NCBI RefSeq assembly: GCF_006345805.1
Contig: NC_043007.1
Coordinates: 23,498,001 to 23,562,000 of the forward strand
DNA: 64,000 bases
From: Octopus sinensis
Taxonomy: Eukaryota
Direction of reading: 5' to 3'
Shown: positions 39,651 through 53,715 of the stretch, one piece after another
How positions within the stretch are numbered: position 1 is the first letter of the stretch
Layout: every line of letters begins with the position of its first letter
Translations under genes and position numbers: made by a program
Notes under the pieces: generated by a model
Databases searched by the model: none
What the model was told of the DNA's origin: nothing
Seen by the model: the letters and a program-made list of their open reading frames with translations, nothing else

Positions 39651-40390
39651 CAATATGTAAGCGCTTACATATTGTTTGGGAGAGACTTGGATGCTGAGCG
39701 GATGACAGAAGAAAATTTAGACAAAGATAATATCTGGGTTTTAATTTATCTATCTTTCGTTACACAGTAGGACTAATCATGTATCAATTAATGCCTCTGA
39801 TAATTAAACTTCGAGCAAATTAATTCTATGTGACATTTGTCTGTGAGAGAAATAAAATAGTTTTATCTCTTGTGAGAAAACTTTAGATGAACCAACGTAA
39901 AATTGCTTTCAGCATTTCTTCCTGCTCTTTATATTCTGAGTTCAAATTCCGCCAAGACCAATTTTTGCCTTTCAGTGTTTCGGATGGTAGATAAAATAAA
40001 GTACCGGTCAGATACTGGGATTGTTTATATTTACTAATTCCTTCCCCTCAAAATCGCTGGCGTTGTGCCTAAATTCAGAAATGTTAATATTCAATAATTA
40101 TATTTAGATTATGTATGTATGTATGTATGTAAGTATGTATGTATGTATGTATGTATGTATGAATGTGTGTATGTATGTATGTTTGTATGTATGTATGTAT
40201 GTAAATGTGTGTGTGTGCATGTATGTATGTATGTAAGTGTGTGTATGTATGTATTATGTATGTATGCATGTAAGTGTGTGTGTATGTATGCTTATATATT
40301 GTTATATAATATATGTATGTATGTATTCTTATATATTGTTATATATATGTGTGTGTGTATGTATGTATGTATGTATGTATGTATGTATAT

Positions 40391-40680
40391 AGGCGTGGCT
40401 GTGTGGTAAGAAGCTTGCTTCCCGACCACATGGTTCCAAGCCCAGTTCCTTGAGCAAGTCTCTTCTACTATAGCCTCAAGCCGACCAAAGCCTTGCCAAC
40501 CGATGCTGGTGTATTTATGTCCCCCGTCACTTAGCGGTTCGGCAAAAGACACCGATAGAATAAGTACTATGCTTACAATCAAGAAGTTCTGGGCTCGATT
40601 TCTTCGACTACAACCCATTAAGGTGGTGCTCCAGCATGGCCGCAGTCATATGACTGAAACAAGTAAAAGAATAAAAGAAT
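40391..40680 (+). mobile_element. SINE family B with internal deletion
   Basis: Head fused at caaagccttg|ccaaccgatgctgg to the tail module, with the microsatellite segment missing. Confidence 0.8.
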
Positions 40681-41224
40681 ACAGTTATGTGATAAAATGA
40701 ATAGCAAACGGACGAAAACAAAAAACAAAAAAATTCGTAGACAAATATGAAAACAACCCAGAATTAGAAAACAACGGGCAAAGAGATTAAATAAGAAGGA
40801 AATTGATATTATATGTCCTTCTTGCTCAATTTAGTACAAAATCTTCCATGTCAAAAGCTTTCAGGGAAGATAACAGTAGTTTAATCAATTTTAATATCCC
40901 ATTACAATAATAAACAAAGTTCGGAAGTTGAGAAGAGAGCTAAGAGCGTAAATTGATACGTTTTGTTGACATTTAGCTTTTAGTAGTCTTCTTTCCTCCA
41001 TATAATACGTGAATTACAATTAGTGGTTTTTGTACAACAAACACTTGAATCAGTTTGTATGACTGTGCGTCTGTACGTCTGTATGAGCGCGTGTTATATA
41101 TACGTAATAAAATTAATTTATGTGCGCAAGTATGTGAATATATACATATATATGTGTGTCCATATGTGTGTGTATATATATATATGTCCATATGTGTGTG
41201 TGTATATATATATATGTCCATATG

Positions 41225-41276
<52 letters not shown>

Positions 41277-41554
41277 ATAAGTGTATATATATATATATAT
41301 ATATATATGAGTCTGTCCGTATGTGTATATGCATATACCTGTTTGTGGACATATGAGTGCGTTTGTGGGTATGTGTGCACGCAAGTTAAATGTTTACTTT
41401 CCACCGCGTAGGCGTTGCTGGCTGTAATATGACCACATTAAATTTATCTTAACTACATGCCCATACATATACACACACACATACATACATATTTTTATGC
41501 ATACGTACGCATATATCTTCCTTTTAAATAAAATGTCATTTATATATATATATG

Positions 41555-41830
41555 CAGTAGTCCTTCGAGTATCGTGGATGTTACGTTCCAAAACCCCACG
41601 CGATAGGTGAAAGTCCGCGAAGTAGAACCTGTAGTGTATTGTATATTTTTTAACTATTTTTATAATTTGTATATATTTATTTTATTATAAATGCAAAACA
41701 ACACCACGGAGGAAACGACGTAAGCTTAAATAATAAACCGCGATAAGTGAACCGCGATATGTGTACCGCGATAGTGAACCGCGATAGGTGTACCGCGATA
41801 GGTGAACCACGATATGGCAAGGGATTACTG
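41555..41830. mobile_element. Tigger/pogo-like MITE (276 bp)
   Basis: Imperfect TIRs CAGTAGTCCTTCGAGTATCGTGG / CCACGATATGGCAAGGGGATTACTG, TA at the right end, and a MER2-like left end (recalled similarity). Confidence 0.7.
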
Positions 41831-42149
41831 TATATTACTGTATATATAAGCGAACTTTAGGTTACTTAAAATATGTTTGTGACATATTTCAACTTCCGAA
41901 GATAACCGTTGTAGCATGTTCGCGGCAGCAGTTCTGTGAACGGACGATCTTAACTTTTAGTCACTTAACAACTAGATCACTGCACCTCGGACATCGGTGT
42001 ACATGAGTTAGAGTGAACGTTTGTTTAGTGCACTTGGGGATTTCTCTAAAGCTGAACATGAAAGATTTTGGAAGAGAAGGGGTTGCAACAAGCATATGTG
42101 GAGGATTGTTTTTGAGCCATACGCAATGTCGAAAGTGGTACTGGCTTTT

Positions 42150-42440
42150 TCAAATTGGGAAGAACGCAACAATCCATGATTTTTTAGAAAATCGCAAAAT
42201 TACTCTCGTTTCTCAATAGTCCTACTCTCTGGGATTTGTCCACCGCAGATTTCAATTTTCAGAATTGATGTCTACCCTAAAAGGCCACCGATTTCAGACG
42301 GTAGAAGAGATCCAGAAAAATTTGTAATGGGAAATGCACAACACTTTTGAAAAGGCCTTTTACTACGCGTTCCAAAACTGGAGATAACGTCAAGAGCAGT
42401 TGTCAAAAATACAGAGAACTGTTCTGAAGTAGACGCGTCG
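42150..42440 (+). pseudogene. Decayed mariner transposase C-terminus
   Basis: HDFLENRKITLVSQ*SYS...LKGHRFQTVEEIQK...AFQNW resembles the mariner PYSPDL...LKG.RF...EEI region. Confidence 0.65.
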
Positions 42441-43919
42441 AATTAAATTACAAGTAAAGCAATATTTTTGTTTCCTAAAAGGACCAGTCTCTTTTTAAAT
42501 ATGACTAGAATACATACGCACACGCACGCACACATTCACTCGAAATTGTGAACCTAAACCTCATTCGTTTTTTCCTGGTTCTCTCCTCTTTTTTATCTCC
42601 CTTACTTTCTTCCTTGTTTCTCTTGGACTTTCTTCTAATAATTGACGAAGGAATATATCCGAAACGTTATACTTTTACTCTAACTATGACTAGTACTTAT
42701 TTTACTCGATAAAATAAGTACTGGTTGAACACGGGTCGATGTAATCGACTAACCCGCTTCCCTTAAAACTGCTTTCACATTAACCCAGCTTAATATAAAA
42801 TGGTAACAGTACACTAGCCTGACTACATCATCATTATTTCTGCCAAGACTATAGACACTCCTCCATGACTTGTAGGGCAAGGACCAACATTCTAAAGACT
42901 GCTCTTGACCAATGATAATCCAACTGGAACGTATTCAGCTCGATGTTGCCTCAAAGAATACATATGGAAGAAAAGTATGATCAGCAATGGAATGAATAAT
43001 CAGCAGTTTGCTAATCAATATGCACTAGCATGATATTTGATATAAACTGGTAAACAAGAGATGCGTGGTTCGATAACCTCGAGTAACCCAGATCTATTGA
43101 CTCTTTAGTTTTTTGCTTTTGTTGTTTTTGTTTTTTGTTAATTGGTTTTTGTTATATAACAACTACCAATTAATAAACCTCAATAGTCCTCATGTTACGA
43201 GCCTTATTTTCCAACTGATCTTATGTTTCTGAGAAGGGTCCTTACGTATATGTCTCATTTCAATTAACTCGGTTTACATAACTCACCCTCAATTAAAGGT
43301 CAGTGGGATTGTTAATTGTTAATAAATACGTCTGATCGTTAAAGGTCAAGCAATCTACTTTATTTACTAATTTATTAATATGCAGCTTAAATAAACATTT
43401 CTTTACACACAAGTTCAGTCATATTAGATAGAAAGAAAGGGAGAGAAAGAGAGAGAGAGATAAACATATGCGTACATATTATACACTATATTAAACACTA
43501 TATTATACACTATACTATATTACACACACACATGCATACATAGATGTGTGTGTGTGGTGTGTGTGTATGTGTGTGTGTGTGTGTTGCAAGAATATATTCC
43601 ATAGAATCGGTGGAAGGGCTGATATTACAGAACATCTCAAGGCCTTAAAGTATTGGCAGAATCGTTAGGGCGTCAGACAAAATGTTTTGTGATATGTGTT
43701 ACAACCTTTTACGTTCTAAGTTCAAATCCCACCAAAGTCACCTTTGTATTTCTTACGTCCTGGTCAACAAACGAATAGTTATGCACGTTACTGTGTCATA
43801 TAATCAGGTCACATTATCTTTGTGGTCTTTCAATGGGTTTCAGATCAAAATTCTTGAAAATCCAATTTGTGAAATAACCACAATAACGGATCAACACTAA
43901 ATATAGTTTCAAATTTTGG

Positions 43920-44575
43920 CACAAGGCCAGCAAATTGGGGGAGGGAGTAAGTTGATTGCATCGACACCAGTCGATGCAAACTGGTACTTTTTTTATTAAA
44001 CCACAAATGTTGCAAGGCAAAGTCGACCTCGGTGGAATTTGAACTCAGATCTTAAAGACGAACGTAAGGCTGCTAAACATTTTGCCCGGCGTGCTAACGA
44101 TTCTGCTAGCACGCTTACCTTGGATCAACCCTAATATTATTTCTAGAAGTAAGCTTTTAAAAAAAAACAGGGAGACTCTTAATCTATGTAGTCAGATATA
44201 ACTTTCACATCGGTCAAGAATTAGAGTCGATTTAATCGACCGCTAGACTATACCAATACATAGGGGTCCAGCAAAATGCAGTAAGGTCCAAATATCCGCC
44301 CAATTCCAACCACAGGGGAAATAACAAATGACTCAGAGTATACATCAATATTGTCACACTTGATGGCAGCAAGTTGGCTGAATAGTTAGCACGCTGGATA
44401 AAATGCTGAGAGGCATTTCGTCCGTCTTGTGTTCTGAGTTCAAATTCTGCCGAGGTCAGCTTTGGCTTTCGTCCTTTCCGGGTCGATAATATAAGTATCA
44501 GTTGAACACAGGGGTTCATATAATCGACTGACATACTTCGCTGAAATTGCTGGCCTTGTGCCAAAATTTGAAAGC
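43920..44575. mobile_element. Two SINE family A copies in opposite orientation (43920-44125 minus, 44370-44575 plus)
   Basis: Core motif reads aaggcaaagtcgacctcgg in the first copy and ccgaggtcagctttggctttc in the second. Confidence 0.75.
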
Positions 44576-44654
44576 ATTATTATCACATACGCACTCACAT
44601 ATACACTCTCTGCCCTGTGTCTCTCTCTTCTCACTTTCCTCCCTCGATCCATCC

Positions 44655-44686
<32 letters not shown>

Positions 44687-44715
44687 TATATAATAAATAT
44701 AATATATATATTACA

Positions 44716-44760
<45 letters not shown>

Positions 44761-45005
44761 ATCTCATGAGACAGCGGCGGAAAAGAAAACGGAAAGGATG
44801 TCAGTCGACATCTGATGGAAATCTCCGTTAGCAACAGCTACTGGTGATCTATATACACATCTGTATATATCTGTTTTCCAGAACATATACACACAAATCT
44901 CAGTCAGCTTGAGTGAGGTTAATTAATTCTAAATTTTAACCACCCAATGAAATATTATGTAACAAATATTCATGGGTTAAGTTATATATATATATATATA
45001 TATAT

Positions 45006-45039
<34 letters not shown>

Positions 45040-45366
45040 ATATATATATATTATATCTTATTTGATAGTAGAAAATGAATTATCTTATTACGGATAATTG
45101 AAATTGATAACCCGATCCTGGGGGTAGCAAAATCACAACAGAAAAAGCACGGTTTGAAGTTACGACCATTTCCTACACTTAATATATATATATAAGAGGA
45201 AAAAATCTATCATAAAGGAACTCTAATCTTTTGATAAGATAACAAATGCGCAACCGGTAAAAAAGAACTTTCACCTAATTAAATTACTTAAATTACTTAA
45301 ATTATTTTGTCAGCCATTTTATTCATTCCCTTTATATATATATATATATATATATATAGCATGTGT

Positions 45367-45672
45367 GAAGATGCGTGGCTTAGTGGTTAGGGCATTCGGC
45401 TCATGAACGTAAGGTTATGAGTTCAATTCCCGGCGACACGTTGTGTCCTTGAGCAAGACATTTTATTTCACGTTGGTCCAGTCCACTCAGCTAGCAAAAA
45501 TGAGTTGTACTTGTATTTCAAAGGGCTAGCCTTACCACACTTTGTCGCACTGAATCTCTCCGAGAACTACGTTAAGAGTTCACGTGTCTGCGGAGTGCTC
45601 AGCCACTTGCACGTTAATTTCATGAGCAGGCTGTTCCGTTGATCGGATCAACTGGAACCCTCGTCGTCGAAC
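45367..45672 (+). mobile_element. SINE family E (V-like centre plus family C tail)
   Basis: Centre as in family D, tail as in 15428. A second copy lies at 51128-51450. Confidence 0.8.
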
Positions 45673-46351
45673 CATATATATATGCAGGCGTAGGTGAGGC
45701 TGAATTGTATCTAGTTTGCTTCTCAACATGGTTCCCTGTTGAACCACTGAAGGAAGCCCTGTGTGTGTGTGTGTGTGTGTGTGTGTCCACTGCTGCTTGA
45801 CAACTGGTGTTGGTTTGTTTACGTGACCGCAACTTAGCGGTCAGGCAAAAGAGACGGATAGAATAAGTACTTGGACCGATTTGCTCGACTAAACCCTTCA
45901 AGGCAGTGTCCCAACATGGCCGCTGTCCGACAACCGAAACAAATAAAAGATAGAAAATGTATAGATAGACAGACAGACAGACAAATATACGTATATATAC
46001 AAATATATGCATGTGTGTGTGTGTGTGTGTGTGATATGGACGCGAATTTGATGGATTCAAGATATAAAATGTTACTACGGATTTATCAAAAATTTGGTTT
46101 CAACGAAATTTGTATTATAAATAAAACACACAATGATGCTTATAATGTTTATAAGCGTCAGTTGGTGTGTGTGTGCGTGGTGGGGATGCAGTGGACGCGA
46201 TTCTGATGGATGCAAGATATAAAACATTACTTCCGATTATTAATGATACCAGTAAGCTATAAATTATCCTATTGTCTGCATATCTCAACACATATCGATA
46301 TACATTATTAAAGATTTTATCAGGTTTGTGTACTTACATAATATATATATG

Positions 46352-46388
<37 letters not shown>

Positions 46389-46414
46389 TGTGTATATGTG
46401 TATATATATATATG

Positions 46415-46465
<51 letters not shown>

Positions 46466-47214
46466 GTGTGTGTATATATGTATGAATATTATATATGTAT
46501 ATATATATGTATTATGTATATGTATATATTATGTATATATGTATGTTTTATATGTATCTATATATGTATGTATATGTATGTATATATATATATGTATATA
46601 TATGTATGTATATATACATATTATGCACGTATATATATATATTATATATTATATATATATATGTATATATATGTATGTATGTATATAATTATGTATATAT
46701 ATATATGTGTGTGTGTGTGTGGTGTTGTGTGTGTGCGTGCGTGTGTGTGTGTGTGTATACGTACATACATAATCACACCAGAACATAAATTTTGTATATT
46801 TTCCTTTGACATGTTTGTGTTTATGGAAATGGTAAAATTATGATCATTCACAGAGGAATTTAGCTGGTTTTTAAACCGTTGTCCTACACTGTATAGTTCA
46901 ACTCACGTGGCTCGTATAACATCAATATCGGCAAGATAATATCTGAACTGGATGATGATGATGATGATGATGCTGATGCCGTTGTTGTTGTTCTTGTTGT
47001 TGATGATGAGGAGGAGGAGAGGGGGAGGAGGATGTTTGTTGTTGTCGTTGTTTAGTCCAGCTCAATCACGAAAGAGTAGACAAAACTATGACCAAACGCC
47101 GTTCCAGCTACGACCATACCGCCTTTTTATCGGAATCATTGTGCACTGAATAACATTATCCAATGTGTTCCTTCCAGGAAACGATAGAATGTGGCTTGTG
47201 GGCGCCTTGGCTGC

Positions 47215-47445
47215 TATTTCTTATTTCCTTATTGCCCTCAAGGGGCTAAACACAGAGGGGACAGACAAAGGGATTAAGTCGATTACATCGACCCCAGTGC
47301 GCAACTGGTACTTAATTTATCGACCCCGAAAGGAGGAAAAGCAAAGTCGACCTCGCCGGTATTTGAACTCAGAACGTAACGACAGACGAAAGACCGCTAA
47401 GCATTTCGCCCGGTGTGCTAACGTTTCTGCCAGCTCGCCGCCTTC
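47215..47445 (-). mobile_element. SINE family A monomer
   Basis: Tail, core and head motifs. Confidence 0.85.
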
Positions 47446-47839
47446 TAATATGTCCAACGACCTTGCAGAGACTCTTTTTGGTACATGATTTACGAAGGAA
47501 TTATCATTGATGTTGATAAAATGAATGCTTTTGCTTGCATTGTGATATCTACTCGAGATGATTTCAGTATTCTACCCGATATAATTTTAACTGTCATAAA
47601 TCTTACTTTGCGATATGCATGCATAGGCTTCGGATGATTGCAATATTGAGGCGTTTTTGTTTATAACCATGATTCTACTTGTAAGCTTTGTGTTTCCATA
47701 TAAACATATAATCTATCGACAAACACACAGTATAAATTGTATAGAATAGTCGCAGAAAAGATAAGCGTGTTCAATTATCTGCATTCTGTATCATCTAAAA
47801 TGTAAGCTTGTAGAAACTCTATTGAAATACGTACAAATA

Positions 47840-47988
47840 CCTATGGCTGTGTGGTTAACGAGCTTGCTTTTCAACCACGTGTTTTCGGGTTCGGTACCAC
47901 AGCGCGACGCCTTAGGCAAGTATCTTCTATTATTGCTCAGGGCCGACCAGTGTGGAAGCCGGTTGTATATGTGCCTCTGTGGGTGTGG

Positions 47989-48024
<36 letters not shown>

Positions 48025-48210
48025 TCCTACATCACGTGACAACAGCTGTTGATTTGTTTACACCCTTGCAACTTGGCGGTTCGGCAAAAGAAACCGATAG
48101 AATAAGTAGCACACTTTAAAACAAGATAAGTACTGGAGTCGATCAGTTCGACTAAAACCTGCCTCCGCATGGTCGCAGTCCAATGACTGAAACAAGTAAA
48201 AGATAAAGGA
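47840..48210 (+). mobile_element. SINE family B, diverged
   Basis: Collinear with 19254-19692. Confidence 0.75.
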
Positions 48211-49006
48211 TAATTTCTTCAGGAAACACTTCCCTTCTACATCTCACTCCAAGACAGTCTTGGATGACTCATGAAATGTGAATCTTCATAAATTAACAAT
48301 AATATTTATTCAACGGTATACAGCCTCCCCTTCTTGAAATACGTCAAAAGTATACCAAACCTACTCGAATTTATTCGATAGACTCATTTTTTCAGTTACA
48401 ATCTCTGACATTAAATCTTGTGTCACAATTCAGTCTGTTTTAAACACATTCTTCAATTCATCTTTTTCCACATAATTGTGTCAACTCTCTAAAATCTGAT
48501 TTTCACTTCTACCCAAGATCCTACAACAGTTTAAACGTTATCATCACTAATTTAACCTTAACTAGTTACCCAGGCATGGTCCTCCTGAAACTGACGAACG
48601 AAAGGAATAATATACTTACGTTATATGCACATGTGTTTTATTCATTTACATTAAATATACATAAATATATACGCCTATTTAATTACATTATATAGAGCCT
48701 CATTTTACACACGTTTTATCCACACAGTTTGTGTGTATACATAGACAATATATGCACATACATGATGTACACCTTTGTCGACTGGAATTGTATATTAACT
48801 ACATTTACCTCACTCTTGTCTGTTCTCTTGTTCCCATGAGTCCAGGAAGTCAAAGAAGACACTCCAATTGAATTTCAGCTGTTTTCCATGCAGCCTCTGG
48901 AGATTGTACATATTGTATTCCATGCACACGCTAAGACAATAATAGTCAGATCTTGTCAAACTGTATCGTATCTAGAACATATATGGGCATTTTCGTGTCA
49001 TTTCAG

Positions 49007-49163
49007 GTAGAAACTATCGGTGATGCTTATATGTTAGTATCTGGCGCCCCAGTACGAATAGAGAATCATCCTGTTGAAATATGTAACATGGCGCTGGATA
49101 TGGTCTCAGAAATTGACGTAGTAGATTCGACAGAAATCTGCGAAAAGTTAAGAATACGAATAG
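49007..49163 (+). CDS. Gyc88E: Gyc88E-like sGC exon (cyclase), VETIGDAYMLVSGAPVRIENHPVEICNMALDMVSEIDVVDSTEICEKLRIRI(G)
   Basis: VETIGDAYM motif carries the GTP-specifying Glu and second metal-binding Asp. Acceptor gtcatttcag, donor G|GTAAGT, phase 0 to 1. Confidence 0.96.
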
Positions 49164-49224
49164 GTAAGTTTTTTTTTTCTCCGCGTTGTTTCTTGAAATG
49201 ATTCTGTCATTGTTTTTTTGTTTT

Positions 49225-49530
49225 GTTTGTTCCTTCTCGAGCCATCCATGCCTGGCTCATAAGGGCCGGTTTCCCGGTTTCCTTGGCGTATAGGTTCCCC
49301 ACCTGGACGGGACGCCGGTCCCTCGCAGGTTAGCTGCAAGATGCAGGAGTAAAGAGTGAGAGAAAGTTGTGGCGAAAATGTCAGTAGAAGTTCGCCATTA
49401 CCTTCTGCTGGAGCCGCGTGGAGCTTAGGTGTTTCGCTCGTAAACACACACATCGCCCGGTCTGAGATTCGAACCCACGATCCCTCGACTGCGAGTCCGC
49501 TGCTCTAACCTCTAGGCCATGTGCCTCCAC
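49225..49530 (-). mobile_element. SINE family C2, full length, about 60 nt downstream of an exon donor
   Basis: Reverse complement of 31483-31786. Confidence 0.9.
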
Positions 49531-49595
49531 ATCTCATTGCAAGAAACCCAGTGGTTCGAATCATTTCTTAACTCTTTTGAGAATCATTGCTCTTG

Positions 49596-49632
<37 letters not shown>

Positions 49633-49789
49633 ATTGGATTGGATTGGATGAGATTAGATCGTCCGTATTCAGCCCACTCCAATGTGAAAGCCGTGAACTT
49701 GAGCTTAAGATCATACTGGTTTTATAAGCCTATTCTGCAATACTGGCTCGACATGGCTTGGCAGAGGGGTGCAGTTTTTATACTCATAC

Positions 49790-50190
49790 CCAGGAGTAGT
49801 GAAGTCGATTGTATCAACCCCAGTGTTCATCCGGTACTTATTTTATCGACCCCCGAGAGGATGAAAGGCAAAGTTGACGTCTGTGGAATTTTGAACTCAG
49901 AACGGTATTTCGTCCATCTTAAAGACGGACGAAATACCTATTTCTTTACTACCCACAAGTGACTAAACACAGAAGGGACAAACAGATTAAGTCGATTATA
50001 TCGACCCCAGTGCGTAACTGGTCCTTAATTCATCGACCTCGACGGAATTTGAACTTAGAACGTAACGGCAGACAAAATACGCTAAGCATTTCGCCCGGCG
50101 TGTTAACGATTCTGCCAACTCGCCGCCTTAGACGGACGAAATACCGCTAAGCGTTTCGCCCGGTGTGCTAACGATTTTGCCAGTTCACCG
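49790..50190 (-). mobile_element. SINE family A multimer remnant
   Basis: Multimer junction near 49928-49952 and a duplicated head segment. Confidence 0.75.
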
Positions 50191-50869
50191 TTATTTTTAT
50201 TAAAGATGATTATGACAAGGAAGTAGATGATAATGATTGTGGGTTGCTCTGGCCAGCTTTGCTTTAGCTGGCGTATCATATGGGATTAGGCAATTTAACA
50301 TTTAGAAATAACCAATAAGTCTTCTATACCATATGTGCCATGCTTCAGGTTAATCACAGAGGACTCTAGCAACCAGTATATATAAACTGACACATAATAT
50401 TTATCGATAATATTTATATTTCGAGGCAAAAATAGATCAAGCAATCCTATACTGTATTATCTGTTTATTGTAGCAAAATAGAATAATATTATGTGGTATC
50501 TTTTCTTAGACATAAAACATAGTTAAGAAATATAGTCAATAGGCTTAACTCTGCTATAGTGTTGGTGCACCTCTGCAGTGTTAATATTTATTTTAGTCAT
50601 TGTTATATGATGATAGTTTAATCCAGTTCAAAATTAAGTAAAACTAAACTAAATACTATAAGCCATAAAAAACATCAGCCCACCGCTCACTAAACGCTCC
50701 TCTGCCAGAAATCACTTATCCTCAGCTACTTCCATACCATCACTATTCACTATATTGGTTCAATAGATTCATGCATATTTTTGTTTCCAAACTATTCTTT
50801 TCTTCTCTTCTCCTTCTCTGTCCCTTGACCAGCAACAACTGTCCAAAACGCTGATATTACTTATTTCCT

Positions 50870-51103
50870 TTCTATTTTTTACTACCCACAAGGGGCTAAA
50901 CACAGAGGGGACAAACAAGGACAGACAAACGGATCAAGTCGATTACATCGACCCCAGTGCGAAACTGGTACTTAATTTATCGACCCCGAAAGGATGAAAG
51001 GCAAAGTCGACCTCGGCGGAATTCGAACTCAGAACGTAGTGGCAGACGAAATACGGCTACGCATTTCGCCCGGCGTGCTAACGTTTCTGCCAGCTCGCCA
51101 CCT
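50870..51103 (-). mobile_element. SINE family A monomer
   Basis: Close to consensus along its full length. Confidence 0.88.
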
Positions 51104-52271
51104 TATTACTTCTTTCCTTTCATACGTTGTGAAGGCTCGTGGCTTAGTGGTTAGAGGCATTTGACTCATGATTGTAAGGTCATGAGTTCAATTCCCGGCA
51201 ATGTGTTGTGTCCTTGAGCAAGAACTTTATTTCACGTTGCTCCAGTCCACTCAGCCGGCAAAAATGAGTAGTACCGGTATTTCATAGCGCCACCCTTGTC
51301 ACACTCTGTGTCACGCTGAATCTCCCCAAGAACTACGTTACGGATACACGTGTTAGTGGAGAGCTCAGTCACTTGCACGTTAATTTCACGAGCAAGCTGT
51401 TCCATTGATCGTATCAGCTGGGACCCTCGTCGTCGCAACCGACGGAGTGCTAATTTTCATAAGTTAAGTTTTTACGGATATTTATGTTTTTCTTTTTCCT
51501 TTTCCTTCTTTTAACACATAAGTTGTCTTTTAAACCTGCTGTGACACCTCGTTTTGCAGTTCTCAAAATCAACTTACACCATGCATCTACAACACCTTCA
51601 AATACCTTCACTTTTAGAATATTCCAGCCCCATGGCAATTAAGCCCCACACATCTTTATGCAAAAATTCTTTATCATTTCAGATACCCATGCATTTTAAA
51701 TCCTGACTATAAGACAATAAACCTGAAATAGATAAAACAGCCTTAACTTGAAGTAATCTTCAGCCTGAAGAAATTCATGTGACAGTTTTCATATAAGAGA
51801 TGGCTCTTTCAGAGTTTATTGATATTAAATCAAATAAACACTTACAGAAAGCATTTCTACCATCTGACACCTACTAACAATATCCATTTATCTAGTTTTT
51901 CTCATCTGCACACATTGTGTACTCAAACTGCTTTAAACCTCTCAGATAAGTAATAACAGAAGATTGAAATTTTTGCAACAGACTACGTATGATACCAGGT
52001 TTAGATTCGGTAAACTTTGAAGGAGTTTTTTTTTTTTTTTAATAACAAGAACTTGGTGGAATGCAGCAAGGTAAGTGACAGCATGTTACGCTTGCTTTTT
52101 TCTTTCCAGTCCTTTGGTCCGTTTCTATGATGACAATAGACGAAGTAACCATGTTCCATGCGTCATAGCTATGTCACTTAATGTTAACAGAAAATAGTAA
52201 TCAATCCAGCTCAAAACTTTGACTTAATGCGTTACATATGCTTCGTGCATATGTGTACTTTGTATTTATCA

Positions 52272-52690
52272 AAGGCGACGAGCGAGCAGAACCGTTAGCA
52301 CGCCGGGCGAAATGTGTAGCCGTATTTCGTCTGCCGTTACGTTCTGAGTTCAAATTCCGCCGAGGTCGACTTTGTCTGTCATCCTTTCGGGGTCGATAAA
52401 TTAAGTACCAGCTACGCACTGGGGTCGATGTAATCGACTTAATCCCTTTGTCTGTCTTTGTTTGTCCCCTCTATGTTTATCCCCTTGTGAGTGATAAAGA
52501 AACAGGTATTTCGTCTGTCGTTACGTTCTGAGTTCAAATTCCGCCGAGATCGACTTTGCCTTTCATCCTTTCGGGGTTGATAAATTAAGTACCAGTTACG
52601 CACTGGGGTCGATGTAATCGACTTAATCTGTTAGTCTGTCCTTGTTTGTCCCCTCTATGTTTATCCCCTTGTGGGCAATAAAGAAATATA
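52272..52690 (+). repeat. SINE family A dimer, period 184 bp
   Basis: gtatttcgtctg at 52322 and 52506. The head is present only on the first unit. Confidence 0.9.
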
Positions 52691-52824
52691 CGTGTGTACT
52701 TTGTATTTATCTGAGATTTTAGATGTAGTCAAACATTTGTACCGGGAAAGCGTTCTTCTATGATTCTGATACTACCGAAAATTTCAGAATCTACACCAAC
52801 TGATGGTTCTTGTTTTCTTTTCAG

Positions 52825-52934
52825 GTATTCACACAGGACCCTGTGTAGCAGGCGTTGTCGGTGTGAAGATGCCACGGTACTGCCTCTTTGGAGACACAGT
52901 GAATACAGCCGCGCGGATGGAAACAAACGGAGAG
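52825..52934 (+). CDS. Gyc88E: Gyc88E-like sGC exon (cyclase), (G)[36 protein letters not shown]
   Basis: [28 protein letters not shown] motif. Acceptor ttttcttttcag, weak donor GAG|GTTGTA, phase 1 to 0. Confidence 0.95.
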
Positions 52935-53430
52935 GTTGTACACTCTATATATAATTATTTTCGTATAGGGACGTATATACACATTCAGAGTAATATGGTG
53001 CGAGTGAAAGTGAAAGTGAGAAAGAGGGAGAAGGAGAGAAAGTCAGAAAGTTAAAGATAAAAAGTGGAGAATGGAAAATATAAACATAATTAGGCCATAC
53101 AGTTCTATAGTTAAGAGATGAGGAATTATTTACGTTATTTACCTTAAATAGTGTCTGTGGAATGTGTGTCTGTGGAATGCGTGTCTGTGGAATGCTCAGC
53201 CACTTGCACGTTCAGAGCTGACCAGGAGCTTTTTCTGATCTAGTCAAAATGGACAGTAAGCAAGCAACCGAGAAGTCAGGCATTCGTATCTCGTCACTCA
53301 CCGACACTCTGTTAGGGACCTTGTAGACAAATCACTTCACCTAACGGCAAATATCTACCACAGAGTAAGAGTAACTTACTGCCGTAAATAGTGGCTGCGT
53401 AGGAAAATTAACAAGCGCTTTTTTTATGAA

Positions 53431-53715
53431 AGGCACATGGCTCAGTGGTTAGAGCGGCGGGCTTACAATCAGGAGGTAGTGAGTTCGGTTCCAGGACAGG
53501 GCTGTGTGTTGTGTTCTTGAGCAAGACACTTTATTTCACATTGCTCCAGTTTACTCAACTACATAAATGTGTTGCGACATCACTAATGCGAAGCTGTATC
53601 GGCCATTGCCTTTCCCTTGGCGTGGGGAGGGCTGGCTGGTATGCATGGACGACTGCTGGTCTTCCATAAGTAATCTTGCCCAGACTTGTACCTCGGAAGG
53701 GAACTGTCTAGGTGC
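53431..53715 (+). mobile_element. SINE family D
   Basis: Matches the reverse complement of 11826-12148. Confidence 0.78.
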
